Shown here in pieces: positions 38,698 through 49,057 of a DNA stretch of 64,000 nucleotides (positions are counted from its first letter, which is position 1; each line of letters begins with the position of its first letter). Where the stretch lies: NCBI GenBank assembly GCA_938038035.1, contig CALHQV010000132.1, positions 5,561 to 69,560 on the forward strand. The letters run 5' to 3'. The notes under the pieces are model-generated. The model searched no databases. It saw only the letters and a program-made list of their open reading frames with translations, and was not told the origin of the DNA. The stretch comes from an uncultured Gemella sp. (GTDB lineage Bacteria > Bacillota > Bacilli > Staphylococcales > Gemellaceae). Made by a program: the position numbers and the translations under genes.

Positions 38698-41094
38698 ATG
38701 ACTGAACAAATTGAAACAGTCTATAACGAAAACGATATACGGTTAATTGGTGCGACCGCCTTTAATCCGTTTAGTGAATACACTTCATCGTCACGTGGTC
38801 AAATGCAGGCAAATGCCATTTCACAACACTATGTGATTAGTGGGTGTAAGCCGAATATGATTCAAACTGGTGCGGATATAGAGTACGGTAGATTCTCTAA
38901 TTCCATTACCACACCCCATAACATGGTAGTATTTTCGATTGTAAACCGTTATATTCCGTCCCAACATAACGGCATTCAATTGAATCCACAACAGATTGTT
39001 ATATACCAAACATTCGATGAAGGTTCTCGTCCATTATTTGGTATTATTGACATTAATCGTTTTAGTTCATCACATCCTAAGTTTGGTTTTGAATATAAAC
39101 CAACTGAAGAAGCACAAAATATCCGTGTCGGTAACAGTATTCCAAAAGGAACAGTATTATACGATACACCTGCAAAAGATAAACATGGTTTGTATTCACC
39201 AGGTATTGATTTAAATACTTTGTATTCTTCTTTAGAAGGTACGATTGAAGACTCGATTCTGATTGCCAAAGATGTTGCACCATTACTTAAAACTAAAACA
39301 TTTACCACACGTGTATTTGAATTAGGTGAAAAAGAATTCCCATTGAATTTGTATGGTGATGATGACAACTATAAAGTCATGCCAGATATCGGTGAATACT
39401 GTATTCCTACAGGTCAAGCCTATTCTGGTATTGTCATGGCAAAACGTGAATATCGTCCTGACCTTTTGCCTATCATGTTTACGAAGAAATCTACACGGAT
39501 TTTTGATTCAGTGACAGACGTACCACTAGATGGTAATGGTCAAGAAGCTCGTGTAATTGATATCATTGTATACAAACAACCTAAAACCAATACAGCAGTA
39601 GCACCTAAAGTCATGGAACAATTAGATAAGTATGCAAATGCTTATCGTGATTTTTGCGAACGTATTGTTAATGAATATCGTAAAATCATGGCTAAGACCA
39701 ATGGTAATGCAGAGTTTACAGATGACTTTGATCAATTGATTAAACACTGTATGGCTATTACCAATGAACCAACAAGTGATGAACGTACTCGTAATGTACC
39801 TATCCAGAAAGTTTCAAACTTCAATCGTAAGTTAGATGACATTACCATTATCGTAACAACCGAGTATACTAAAGAAGTAGGCCCAGGTTTTAAAATCACA
39901 GGCTTGCATGGTAACAAAGGTGTAATCGCCGATGTGGTGACAGTAGAACCCTCTCAAATGCCTTACGATCCTATTACAGGTATTCGTGCAGATATTTGTA
40001 TTGGTGTAAACTCTACCTTTAACCGAATGAACCAAGGTCAAACTTACGAGGTTAGCTTAAAAGCTGCCATGTTGGAATTGAAACAATGGGTATGTAATAC
40101 AGTTAATCTAAATGAGTCTACGCCTAATCTACGTGATAAAGTGATTCGATTACCACGTGATGTACTTGAACCTATCTTTGCACGTCTGGAAAGATTTTAC
40201 GAAATCTGTTCAAACAAACATTACGATTTCTATAAATCAATGTCCTTCCAAGAAAAGACAGTAGATTTGTACCACATGATTCACGAGACACCAATTATCT
40301 GGATGCCTCATGGTAATAATCGTCGTATGTTACATGTATTTAAAGCATTAAAAGAAGAAGGTTTCTTATCAGACCCAAACTGCTTAAGATTCTGGAATCC
40401 TTACAAACAATGTTTTGAAGATACTGCAACACCACAGCGTATTGGTCCACAATACTATATCTGTCTTGAAAAGATTGGTGATGATGCCGCAGCAGTATCC
40501 ACAGCAGCAACACAACCTAATGGTATTATTGTCCCATTAACCTCTAAAGATAAGACTACTCAACAAATCCGTAAACAGGCTACTAAATTCCCAGGTGAGT
40601 CTGAAGGTCGTTTGTTAGTAGGTAGTGGTCCTTCTGGTTTAGCAGCAGTCCTACATGACCGTTCTAATAACCCAGAAACTGTTGATAAAATCTTAACAAC
40701 GATTTATACGACAGACAGACCAACAGATATCGACGATGTCATTAATCCTAATGAGATTAATATTGGTGCAAATAGACCATTACAAATTCTTCGACATTTT
40801 ATCCAAACAAATGGTACGAAGATGGTGTATGCTGAATTTGACCCAAGTCAACAAGTATTGTCTAAAATCGATCCTATTACAGGTGCAATCTGTATGGAAA
40901 TTGATGAGAGTGAAGATGAACAGCCTAAAGTTAAGACTGGTAGAAATCAGAACAATCAACAAAACGATGACGATGATAAAGAAGTAGACTTAGATGGACC
41001 ATCGGATGAATCATCAGACAATCCAGATGAGCAAGATGTGCAATATGAATCTGGTTCTAATGATGAGGAAAACAACGACAACGACAATGACTAA
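38698..41094 (+). CDS. rpoB: Non-virion RNA polymerase beta C-terminal subunit (phiKZ gp71-73-like)
   Basis: IEDSI, GFKITGLHGNKGVI, RMNQGQ, KFPGESE motifs; acidic tail. Confidence 0.9.
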   Translation: MTEQIETVYNENDIRLIGATAFNPFSEYTSSSRGQMQANAISQHYVISGCKPNMIQTGADIEYGRFSNSITTPHNMVVFSIVNRYIPSQHNGIQLNPQQIVIYQTFDEGSRPLFGIIDINRFSSSHPKFGFEYKPTEEAQNIRVGNSIPKGTVLYDTPAKDKHGLYSPGIDLNTLYSSLEGTIEDSILIAKDVAPLLKTKTFTTRVFELGEKEFPLNLYGDDDNYKVMPDIGEYCIPTGQAYSGIVMAKREYRPDLLPIMFTKKSTRIFDSVTDVPLDGNGQEARVIDIIVYKQPKTNTAVAPKVMEQLDKYANAYRDFCERIVNEYRKIMAKTNGNAEFTDDFDQLIKHCMAITNEPTSDERTRNVPIQKVSNFNRKLDDITIIVTTEYTKEVGPGFKITGLHGNKGVIADVVTVEPSQMPYDPITGIRADICIGVNSTFNRMNQGQTYEVSLKAAMLELKQWVCNTVNLNESTPNLRDKVIRLPRDVLEPIFARLERFYEICSNKHYDFYKSMSFQEKTVDLYHMIHETPIIWMPHGNNRRMLHVFKALKEEGFLSDPNCLRFWNPYKQCFEDTATPQRIGPQYYICLEKIGDDAAAVSTAATQPNGIIVPLTSKDKTTQQIRKQATKFPGESEGRLLVGSGPSGLAAVLHDRSNNPETVDKILTTIYTTDRPTDIDDVINPNEINIGANRPLQILRHFIQTNGTKMVYAEFDPSQQVLSKIDPITGAICMEIDESEDEQPKVKTGRNQNNQQNDDDDKEVDLDGPSDESSDNPDEQDVQYESGSNDEENNDNDND

Positions 41095-41162
41095 AAAATG
41101 AATAATAGGTCTGATATATACTATTAATATGTTGGACCTATTGTTTTATAAAGGAAAACAAC

Positions 41163-43253
41163 ATGCAATTAGCTGCAAGGAAAATACTAGATGCAAGTCC
41201 TATCGATGTATTGGAGAACTTTGTCGGTAAGTTTAAACTACAGTTTGACGACGGTGAAGTAATCGATACAACAGGGACACAAGTTGCAATCTCACGATAC
41301 GGATGGGAAATCATTAAAAAGTTTCCCAATGTCCCAATCACTAAAGAGCATTTTATTTCATCTTACATGAAAGACGAACTCTCTTTTACACCTACGTCGT
41401 TTCGTTTATTTCTTTCTAAGATTGTAAACAGTGTATTTGATATCTATCCAATGGATACCAATGAGAAAGCATGGGCTTTGCAATCTGAAGTATGGGAAGA
41501 ATACATGAGGGCATTTAACGATATCTTTAATGATGTACAAATTCATCGTGCAAAATACCATATGTCGATGAATATTGAAGACATCTTAGATATCGAATTT
41601 GACCCTGAGATTATTAAGATTAAGAAGGATTATCCAGTTAATGCAAATACGGTAAAAGATCCACATTACATTGCCAGTATTTATAAGCGCAAACAAAAGG
41701 TAATGACTTCAGAAAAACACAAGTACAATAACATTTCCATCATGATGCGTTCAAGTGTGATTAAGATTCCACAATTGATGCAATGTTTTGGCCCCCGTGG
41801 TTCTGTGACAGATATTAACTCTGATATCTTTAACGAACCTATTCAGGATGGTTATATGGACGGCTTCCACAGAATGTACGATAGATTAATTGAATCACGT
41901 ACAGCAGCAATGTCTCTGAATAATCAATCTGCTCCATTGAAGTTTACAGAGTATTTTTCTCGACGTGTACAATTCATTGGCATGGAATTGAGAAATCTAC
42001 ACTTTGGTGACTGTGGTTCTGAATATTATTTTGAATTCCAGGTACGAGACAATCGAGATGGCTATGTGATTTCAGATTTGGAATTCCTAGAAGGTATGTA
42101 TTATGTTGCTGAAGAAGTAGAAGTAAACGGTAAATTAGAACCTATCTTAAAACCTATTAAGAAAACAGACCACCATTTAATTGGTAAACGAATTAAAGTA
42201 AGAACCATCTTTGGTTGTCAGCATTCTGACCCACAAGGTGTATGTTCTACTTGTTTTGGTCAAGCGTCCCGCAGTGTACCAAAATATCGTAATGTAGGAC
42301 ACTTTGCCATTATTTCGTTTACACAAATTATCACGCAGTTGGTATTGTCTACAAAACACCATACTTCATCAGCTATTGGTGCTTTGATTGAATTGACTGA
42401 CCATGTACAGAAATTCATGAAGTTAATGAAAGACGGTTTAGCTACTGGTCTGAAAGACGATATCAAGAAGAACTTTACTTCTATTAGGTTGGTCATTTCC
42501 GAAGAAGCTATTGATGGTATTTCAGATATCAGTAATGTACGTGATGTAGGTGTATTGTCAGCAAGACGTACTTCACACATCAATCGTATTAAACTTTTGT
42601 TTACTGCAAAGGATGGTTCTGTAACTGAAGAAATTGTCGATGTTGTTCCTATTACAGATGTAGGTTATCTGTCTATGGAAACACTGAAGTACATGAAAGA
42701 CAATGGTTGGACAATTACAGATGATGGTATGGTAGAAATTGAGATGATTGATTTTGATACCAATCGACCTATTGTTGAAATCACTCCTAAACAATCCGAT
42801 ATGTATAAATATGCAAAAGGATTGGAAAAGATGATTAAGTCTTCAGTTAAGGAAATCAAACAACGTGCTGTATCAGTAACACCTGAGATGTTCTTAATGG
42901 AGTTATCAGATGCAGTAAATAGTAAGTTAGGAATCAATCTATCCATTCTTCAGGTATTAGCATATACTATGTTAGGTACGGATATTGTGAATAAAGACTT
43001 CTCACTACCTAAGCCACACACAGGTCACGGCGTGGGTACGATGGACCAATTGATTTGGGGTCGTAGCTTATCTGGTGCTCTTTCTTATGAAAAACAAGGT
43101 AGAACACTGGCAAGTCCTAATTCCTATATCTATACCAATAGGTCAGATTGTCCTATGGATGAATTCTTTGTTCCAGAACAAATGAACTTAGAATACTTTA
43201 ATCTATTAGAGCAACCTGAATATACCTATAGTGATTTAATAAATAAACGTTAA
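41163..43253 (+). CDS. rpoC: Non-virion RNA polymerase beta-prime C-terminal subunit (phiKZ gp74-like)
   Basis: Bridge helix EYFSRR, GDCG, Zn site CQH..VCSTCFG, trigger loop TQLVLSTKH. Confidence 0.88.
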   Translation: MQLAARKILDASPIDVLENFVGKFKLQFDDGEVIDTTGTQVAISRYGWEIIKKFPNVPITKEHFISSYMKDELSFTPTSFRLFLSKIVNSVFDIYPMDTNEKAWALQSEVWEEYMRAFNDIFNDVQIHRAKYHMSMNIEDILDIEFDPEIIKIKKDYPVNANTVKDPHYIASIYKRKQKVMTSEKHKYNNISIMMRSSVIKIPQLMQCFGPRGSVTDINSDIFNEPIQDGYMDGFHRMYDRLIESRTAAMSLNNQSAPLKFTEYFSRRVQFIGMELRNLHFGDCGSEYYFEFQVRDNRDGYVISDLEFLEGMYYVAEEVEVNGKLEPILKPIKKTDHHLIGKRIKVRTIFGCQHSDPQGVCSTCFGQASRSVPKYRNVGHFAIISFTQIITQLVLSTKHHTSSAIGALIELTDHVQKFMKLMKDGLATGLKDDIKKNFTSIRLVISEEAIDGISDISNVRDVGVLSARRTSHINRIKLLFTAKDGSVTEEIVDVVPITDVGYLSMETLKYMKDNGWTITDDGMVEIEMIDFDTNRPIVEITPKQSDMYKYAKGLEKMIKSSVKEIKQRAVSVTPEMFLMELSDAVNSKLGINLSILQVLAYTMLGTDIVNKDFSLPKPHTGHGVGTMDQLIWGRSLSGALSYEKQGRTLASPNSYIYTNRSDCPMDEFFVPEQMNLEYFNLLEQPEYTYSDLINKR

Positions 43254-43313
43254 GATAACACCACCCCTTCCTCCATAGGGGTGGTGGTTATACACCCTTA
43301 TGGAGAATAACAC

Positions 43314-44879
43314 ATGACAGCAATGAAGATTGAAGTCTATCCATTACAGGTTATTATATATCCTCGTAATCAGGATGACAATAACCAAGTTCGCGCATTT
43401 GCAAGAAACTACTTGCGCTGGAGCGAATATTACGATAAAAGACAAAGAAAGAAAGTGCGTGTGCCCATGGCTGGGTATGTATTTTTTACTAACGATAGAC
43501 GTGAAGTAAGAATCATGCGTACTATGTTAAATGATTTAATTGGTCACTTGAAAATGTTCCGGTATAAAGAAGGAATAGATTTTCAATTGGAGTATAAAGA
43601 TATTGACAATATTGTGGATGATTACTATCCTACTATTAAAGAAGGATGGTCTCCACGTGGCGAACAGCAAGACGTGATTGATTTTTTGTTAGGTTTTGAT
43701 TCAGGTTGTGTATTAGGACACCTGCAAACAGGACAAGGTAAAAGTCTTATTTCAATGTTTGTTATTGAAAAGATGGAAGAAAGATTTGTCGGTATCATGA
43801 GGCCACAATACTTAGGTAAAAACCAAGACAGTGGTTGGATTAAAGACTTTTATAAGACTTACGATATTGATTTAAAGAAAGATTTAATCCGTATTCAAGG
43901 TTCAGATGAATTGAAATCATTTATCAATATTTGTTTAGCAGAAAATAGAAACCCTTATAAAGCTGTTTTGATTTCTTCTAAGACTCTAATGAATTTTATT
44001 AAATATTACGAGGAATATAGTTTAGAAGAATTTAAAGACTTAGGGTTTAACTGTACACCACAGGAATTTCCAAAACTATTAGGTGTAAATGATTTAGTAA
44101 TTGACGAGGCTCATTTTGACCATCACTTAAACTGTAAGTTTGTTTCTTATTTAGGTGCTAAAAGAGTATTTGGTTTATCAGCCACACCAGTGGCAGATGA
44201 TAAATTTGTAGACAGAATGTCAAAACTACTCTTTCCAATAGAAAGACGTTATGTACAAAAAGTACATGTATCTTATATTCAACCATTAGCATTTAAGTAT
44301 AAACTAGGTAGTTTAAATGGTATTCGTACCGAAGGTTTTAGAGGATATTCTCAAACTGCTTTTGAGAAATCACTCATGAAAAAGAAAACATTATTGAAGC
44401 AATATTATAACATGATTGTTTCAATTATTGAAGACATTCATTTTCCTAAATACGAAATTAATCCAAATTTTAAATTACTGATTACAGTAGGTACGATTAA
44501 GATGGCAAAAGACTTATCTAAGTATCTAGCTGAATTATACCCTAATAAGAAAGTAACCAGTTACGTTGAAGATGATACAGTAGATAACTTATATACGAGT
44601 GATATTTGTGTATCTACAGTATTAGGGGCAGGTACTGGACACGATATTCCAGAACTGGCTACCGTTATCATGACTAATGCTATTAACTCTACACAAACTA
44701 ATCTACAGATTGCCGGTCGTTTACGTAAACTACCAGAAGATGTAGAGCATAGTTTCGTTTATTTAGTCTGTGATAATATTCCATCCCACCGTAATTATGA
44801 TATAGCCAAAAGAACCCGTATCTTTAAAGGCAAAATGCACCCTGTGAAAGATATAAGTTATGACAACATTTTAACATAA
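43314..44879 (+). CDS. SF2 DEAH helicase (phiKZ gp75-like)
   Basis: TGQGKS, IDEAH, SAT, QIAGRLR. Confidence 0.9.
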   Translation: MTAMKIEVYPLQVIIYPRNQDDNNQVRAFARNYLRWSEYYDKRQRKKVRVPMAGYVFFTNDRREVRIMRTMLNDLIGHLKMFRYKEGIDFQLEYKDIDNIVDDYYPTIKEGWSPRGEQQDVIDFLLGFDSGCVLGHLQTGQGKSLISMFVIEKMEERFVGIMRPQYLGKNQDSGWIKDFYKTYDIDLKKDLIRIQGSDELKSFINICLAENRNPYKAVLISSKTLMNFIKYYEEYSLEEFKDLGFNCTPQEFPKLLGVNDLVIDEAHFDHHLNCKFVSYLGAKRVFGLSATPVADDKFVDRMSKLLFPIERRYVQKVHVSYIQPLAFKYKLGSLNGIRTEGFRGYSQTAFEKSLMKKKTLLKQYYNMIVSIIEDIHFPKYEINPNFKLLITVGTIKMAKDLSKYLAELYPNKKVTSYVEDDTVDNLYTSDICVSTVLGAGTGHDIPELATVIMTNAINSTQTNLQIAGRLRKLPEDVEHSFVYLVCDNIPSHRNYDIAKRTRIFKGKMHPVKDISYDNILT

Positions 44880-44971
44880 CTTACGATACGAAGTATCTAA
44901 GTCGCCTTTCAGGTAACTTATGATACTTTGTGTCTAAGTCGTCTGAATTATAGAATAGTTCAGGTAACTTA
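44877..44971 (+). repeat. GGTAACTTA/TAAGTCGCC hairpin repeat array, locus 2
   Basis: taactta-hp-taagtcgcc-tttca-ggtaactta-hp-taagtcgtc-hp-ggtaactta. Confidence 0.8.
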
Positions 44972-44994
44972 CATCTAACCAAGGGAATCGACAA

Positions 44995-45477
44995 ATGTTA
45001 CTTACTCAAAAAACTATAGGGAAATTTAAAGTGAAACAACCTAAAAAAGAAATTCCAGTTTTTCGCAATATTGATAAACGTATCTCTCCTACAATTGATA
45101 TGCTATACCAAATTAGTGAAAATGGTGAACTTTTTGTGACCGGTAAATCTTACCGTGGAAACAAAATGCCTTATGATAAACAAATCCGTATTTATGTTTA
45201 CCATAGTCTAGCAATGACACCTATTCCTATTCGTACTTCATTTAAGCATTTTAATTCAGTGGTAGATATTTACGAAGACCATGAAAAAGGTATTGAGTTT
45301 ACAGATATCTATATTGCACGTAGTAATACCTATGTCGATTATATGGCAATGGGCAAAATGATTGGTGTTTGTGCAAAACAAATTAACCAGATTTTGAAAA
45401 TCAACAATTGCTCTAACCAAAGAATTAAAGATACAGTTTCTGTATTAGTAGACAAATTACAAAAAGCACTTCGATAA
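44995..45477 (+). CDS. Hypothetical basic protein
   Basis: 160 aa, AAGGGA RBS; flanked by repeat loci 2 and 3. Confidence 0.7.
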   Translation: MLLTQKTIGKFKVKQPKKEIPVFRNIDKRISPTIDMLYQISENGELFVTGKSYRGNKMPYDKQIRIYVYHSLAMTPIPIRTSFKHFNSVVDIYEDHEKGIEFTDIYIARSNTYVDYMAMGKMIGVCAKQINQILKINNCSNQRIKDTVSVLVDKLQKALR

Positions 45478-45541
45478 AAAGACTATACTACTAGACTACC
45501 TATTGGGTAGTCTAGTAGTAATAGCATTATGTTTATTTTTA

Positions 45542-45581
45542 GTGTTTTATACCTAAGTCGCCTAAATTATAACATAATTTA
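45542..45581 (+). repeat. TAAGTCGCC repeat, partial locus 3
   Basis: gtgttttatacc-taagtcgcc-taaattat aac ataattta. Confidence 0.6.
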
Positions 45582-45724
45582 AACACATATTATTTAAGTG
45601 GTAATAGAGAAAGAGTTAAACTCTTTCTCTATTTAATTTTATCAATAACATAAAACGACAATCCTCTACTCCTGTTGTAGCAGGAGTAGAGGGTTATACA
45701 TGTCGTAGAAAGGATGTAATATAA

Positions 45725-45877
45725 ATGGATTCAAGTTATCAGATTCAAGTACTTCAAATTAAGAAGATGCTTGGTGAAATAACCCAAGAAGAAAATGAGT
45801 GGTTAGAATCAGCTTTAGCTGCCGAAAACCAAACATTAGATTCTTGGGCTAACAACAATTATTACCGACCACACTAA
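45725..45877 (+). CDS. Small hypothetical protein (50 aa, not in ORF track)
   Basis: AAAGGA RBS; MDSSYQIQVLQIKKMLGEITQEENEWLE... Confidence 0.6.
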   Translation: MDSSYQIQVLQIKKMLGEITQEENEWLESALAAENQTLDSWANNNYYRPH

Positions 45878-46020
45878 AAGTAATGATTGTTATCACAAAT
45901 GCAAAGAAAGACAGTGTTACTAGCATTGTCTTTCTTTTTTCCTTTCATAGTAAAGGAGTTAAAGAATTAATTAATATTAAATTGATAATTGTCTCTTAAT
46001 CTTTTATAAAGGAAACTAAC

Positions 46021-46287
46021 ATGAGTAATTATACTTTAGAAAATTTCGTATTAACTGACGTAGAAAAAGAATACGTTAAAATGTACGATGGGTTTGATTT
46101 CTGGTACGCTTATACTGACGACAGTAGCGTGTATCGTGAAGCTGAAAAACGACATCTTGAATTACAAGAACAAGGTGATGAAATGATTGCTGATAAATCT
46201 CGTTTGAAGTTTATCAATGAGAATACACGTAATCTTCTTCGCAAGTTGGAAAACCAGTTGAAAGACCAAGAAAAAGATAAACAATAA
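46021..46287 (+). CDS. Small hypothetical protein
   Basis: 88 aa, strong RBS, terminator at 46296-46327. Confidence 0.7.
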   Translation: MSNYTLENFVLTDVEKEYVKMYDGFDFWYAYTDDSSVYREAEKRHLELQEQGDEMIADKSRLKFINENTRNLLRKLENQLKDQEKDKQ

Positions 46288-46353
46288 ATACAGATAATAG
46301 ACTAGGATATTATTACCCTAGTCTATTTTTTTAGTCTAATATATTTTATTTTA

Positions 46354-46434
46354 TTTCAAACCTATACTACTATAGTGGAAAGAGAGGAAACTTTCCACTT
46401 TAATTCTTTTAACAATTTAAGGAGTATTACTATG
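46354..46434 (+). promoter_or_regulatory. Early promoter + leader hairpin + RBS cassette (copy 1)
   Basis: Near-identical to 62221-62308. Confidence 0.8.
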
Positions 46435-47085
46435 GCTATCAAATTTAATTTTAATTACACTGAAGAAATGTTTAAAAATCTTAACGTAGAAGTGGACCGT
46501 CAAAAATGGTTTCAAAAACGTTATGGCGGTAAACATACTTCCATCTTCAATTCTGATTCTGAACATCAATTGATGAGAAACTACCATATCCAAGGCGCAT
46601 ACCTTGCTGACAAAGACAAGGTAATTATTAAGCATTTAAACCCTACACTCAAAGCATTCTTTGCACTGTGTAGTATTTTCTCTAAACAATTACGTCATCA
46701 ATTTAAAGCAATGTTAGATGTAGATAAGAACATTCTCCCACACGAATTACTCCATGTGATTCAATTCCGTAACTTTTATCTAGACGGACGTACCATCCGT
46801 GAAGTTAATACAGAATTAGGTGGGTTGTATTTTGCTACACCAGAAAAACAAAAACTACTGGAAAAACTCGAACAAGTGCAATACGAAGCCGAAATCGATG
46901 CTTACTGCTTTGATGTCGTTCGTTTAGGTGTAGGTACTACAGACGATATTGCTAACGTACTAGCAACAATGTACCCAGTAGCTTTGAAAGTCTGCAAAGA
47001 CACTGCTGAAATTAAAGCAGATGCAGATGAGCGTTTAGAGTACATTCGTGAAAACTTCCATATGTTCAAACCTATTATGGGTTAA
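46432..47085 (+). CDS. Putative zinc metallopeptidase (HExxH), early gene
   Basis: PHELLHV with downstream YEAEIDAY; AAGGAG RBS supports start at 46432. Confidence 0.6.
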   Translation: MAIKFNFNYTEEMFKNLNVEVDRQKWFQKRYGGKHTSIFNSDSEHQLMRNYHIQGAYLADKDKVIIKHLNPTLKAFFALCSIFSKQLRHQFKAMLDVDKNILPHELLHVIQFRNFYLDGRTIREVNTELGGLYFATPEKQKLLEKLEQVQYEAEIDAYCFDVVRLGVGTTDDIANVLATMYPVALKVCKDTAEIKADADERLEYIRENFHMFKPIMG

Positions 47086-47134
47086 CATAAGGAAAGTAAA
47101 TAGACTAGGGAGAACATCCCCTAGTCTATTTTTT

Positions 47135-48934
47135 TTAGTTATTTTTTTGTCTTCTGTATTCTTCTAACATATTTACCATAGTAGGTGCATTAAACAACTG
47201 ACAAGATATTTCTACAGCATTAACAAATCCACCACTCATGTTAATACCACTTTGTCTTCTCCATCTTTCATCTACATGGTCAATACTGATTAACTCTTTA
47301 GTCATGGTTTCACGAGAAGTATTTAGGGCACTATTGCCATTTGGATAACTAGATGTTACGTCAATGTCAGCATTGTCTCTAAATACTAATGTTTTTAAAC
47401 CACGAGCATCTTCAAATAAATTATTACCTTCAGCAATTAATAAATCAGCACGTAATGTAATAATCCAATCATCACGCCCAATCAACTCACTGTCTAATGG
47501 TATTTCATTATTTGCACCACCTGTTCCGTAAGCATAACCTCTTTCTAGATTAAACCAGTGCATATCATCTGCTAATCGTTTAGGTTCTGAATCAAAGTCT
47601 TTATAATCACTAGATTCACATGCTGATACAACACTGTGTGAAATATCCATAGTTTGTTCATCTAAATATTCTAATGCAATACAGTCAAACTTATTATAGA
47701 TTACATATTCAAATGGATAATTACTTTGCATGAAGATATGCCAATCCACAGTACCAATTAAGTGACTACTTTCATCAAACTTTAATTTACGAATCTTACT
47801 GTTTCGATTAGCTCTAGCAATTTCTTTTTCAGACATACCAGGTTTAATTTCATCAGGAAATTCAATAGACAAAATATAGTCTAATGAATACTTAGGTAAT
47901 TTACCTTTATGTTTACGAGAGTTATAGTAATAACACATGCTATCAATAAATGTAAAACTAGCAGGTACATTGACTTGTGGCCACTTCTCAAAGTTAGCTA
48001 AGTTTTTCCATACGCCTTTTTTACTTAATGCAGATTCTTTACCAGGATTATAATCAAAGAATCTAAAAGCAGGCGGTACAGATGGGTCGGATAGTATATC
48101 AGACACTTTTACATCAGCTCTCTCACAAGCTTCAATAGTTCTGCGTACATCGTAATCCATGTTCCAAGCACTAATGAAATCAGGCTTTAACTCATGCGCT
48201 CTTTCAAAGATTTTCTTAACAACCTCGATTTCAGAATCGACTACATAAAACTCTTGTTTAATGTTTCTTTCTTTGTTTACTTCACCTAAGTAAATCTCAT
48301 CGTACTTATATAAAGTCTCCAATGCTTTTTCTTTAGAGATATTAGGAAATTTACCACGAATAAAGTTAATATCTACGACAGTAACTACAGTATCTTTCAT
48401 GGACAGTGTAGCCATTTCAATATGCTCGTATTTATCTTTATTACGGATATTGGTTTCCACGTCAAATGCTGCAACGTCAGCTAATTTTTCAGTCTTACTG
48501 GCTAACTCACCATGATTGTATTTATACTTTAGTTCAGCAGATGAACTTAAATCAGTACCATAAACATAAGGGCCTCTTAGAATATCAGAAGGAGAAATAC
48601 GTTGACCAAAGTTCTTAATACCTAAAGAATTCATTGCTGCATTTAACATCTCTTTTCTAGGTACACGAATCTCTTCACATTCTGAAATAGGAAAACGCTC
48701 TTTCTTTTGTTTATGGTTTCTATTCTTAGGTGTGCATACCCAAAAAGTCTTTTTAAAGTCTTTAATTAGTTTAATTTTTCTATCTACTGTACCATCGTCA
48801 AGATAATCTGTAATCTTAACTAAATGTACATCTGTTTCTCTATTGCCAATCTTTTCACTTAAGACTGCATTCTTAGCAGCATTATTTGCTAAGTAAATAA
48901 CGTTACGACATTGAGTACCGACTATTTCAGCCAT
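47135..48934 (-). CDS. polB: Split family-B DNA polymerase, N-terminal exonuclease subunit (phiKZ gp82-like)
   Basis: ExoI FDVET, ExoII WNMDYD, ExoIII YNKFD, pol motif A DIDVTSSYP. Confidence 0.88.
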   Translation of the reverse strand: MAEIVGTQCRNVIYLANNAAKNAVLSEKIGNRETDVHLVKITDYLDDGTVDRKIKLIKDFKKTFWVCTPKNRNHKQKKERFPISECEEIRVPRKEMLNAAMNSLGIKNFGQRISPSDILRGPYVYGTDLSSSAELKYKYNHGELASKTEKLADVAAFDVETNIRNKDKYEHIEMATLSMKDTVVTVVDINFIRGKFPNISKEKALETLYKYDEIYLGEVNKERNIKQEFYVVDSEIEVVKKIFERAHELKPDFISAWNMDYDVRRTIEACERADVKVSDILSDPSVPPAFRFFDYNPGKESALSKKGVWKNLANFEKWPQVNVPASFTFIDSMCYYYNSRKHKGKLPKYSLDYILSIEFPDEIKPGMSEKEIARANRNSKIRKLKFDESSHLIGTVDWHIFMQSNYPFEYVIYNKFDCIALEYLDEQTMDISHSVVSACESSDYKDFDSEPKRLADDMHWFNLERGYAYGTGGANNEIPLDSELIGRDDWIITLRADLLIAEGNNLFEDARGLKTLVFRDNADIDVTSSYPNGNSALNTSRETMTKELISIDHVDERWRRQSGINMSGGFVNAVEISCQLFNAPTMVNMLEEYRRQKNN

Positions 48935-49057
48935 TTTAATTTCCTTTAAAAGTCAAGTCTATTCATATTTTTTTAAATGCAAAAATATATATTAGCCAAA
49001 TAAAACGAAAGATAATATGAGAACACCGTATAACGTTATACTAAAAGGATAGTTAAA

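Noticed and set aside
26995..43253. Group I introns, inteins or homing endonucleases in RNAP genes
   Set aside because: ORFs are continuous and of expected size; no HNH, LAGLIDADG or intein motifs seen
44877..44971. CRISPR array
   Set aside because: Repeats are 9 bp and alternate in orientation, spacers are short palindromes, and no cas genes are present
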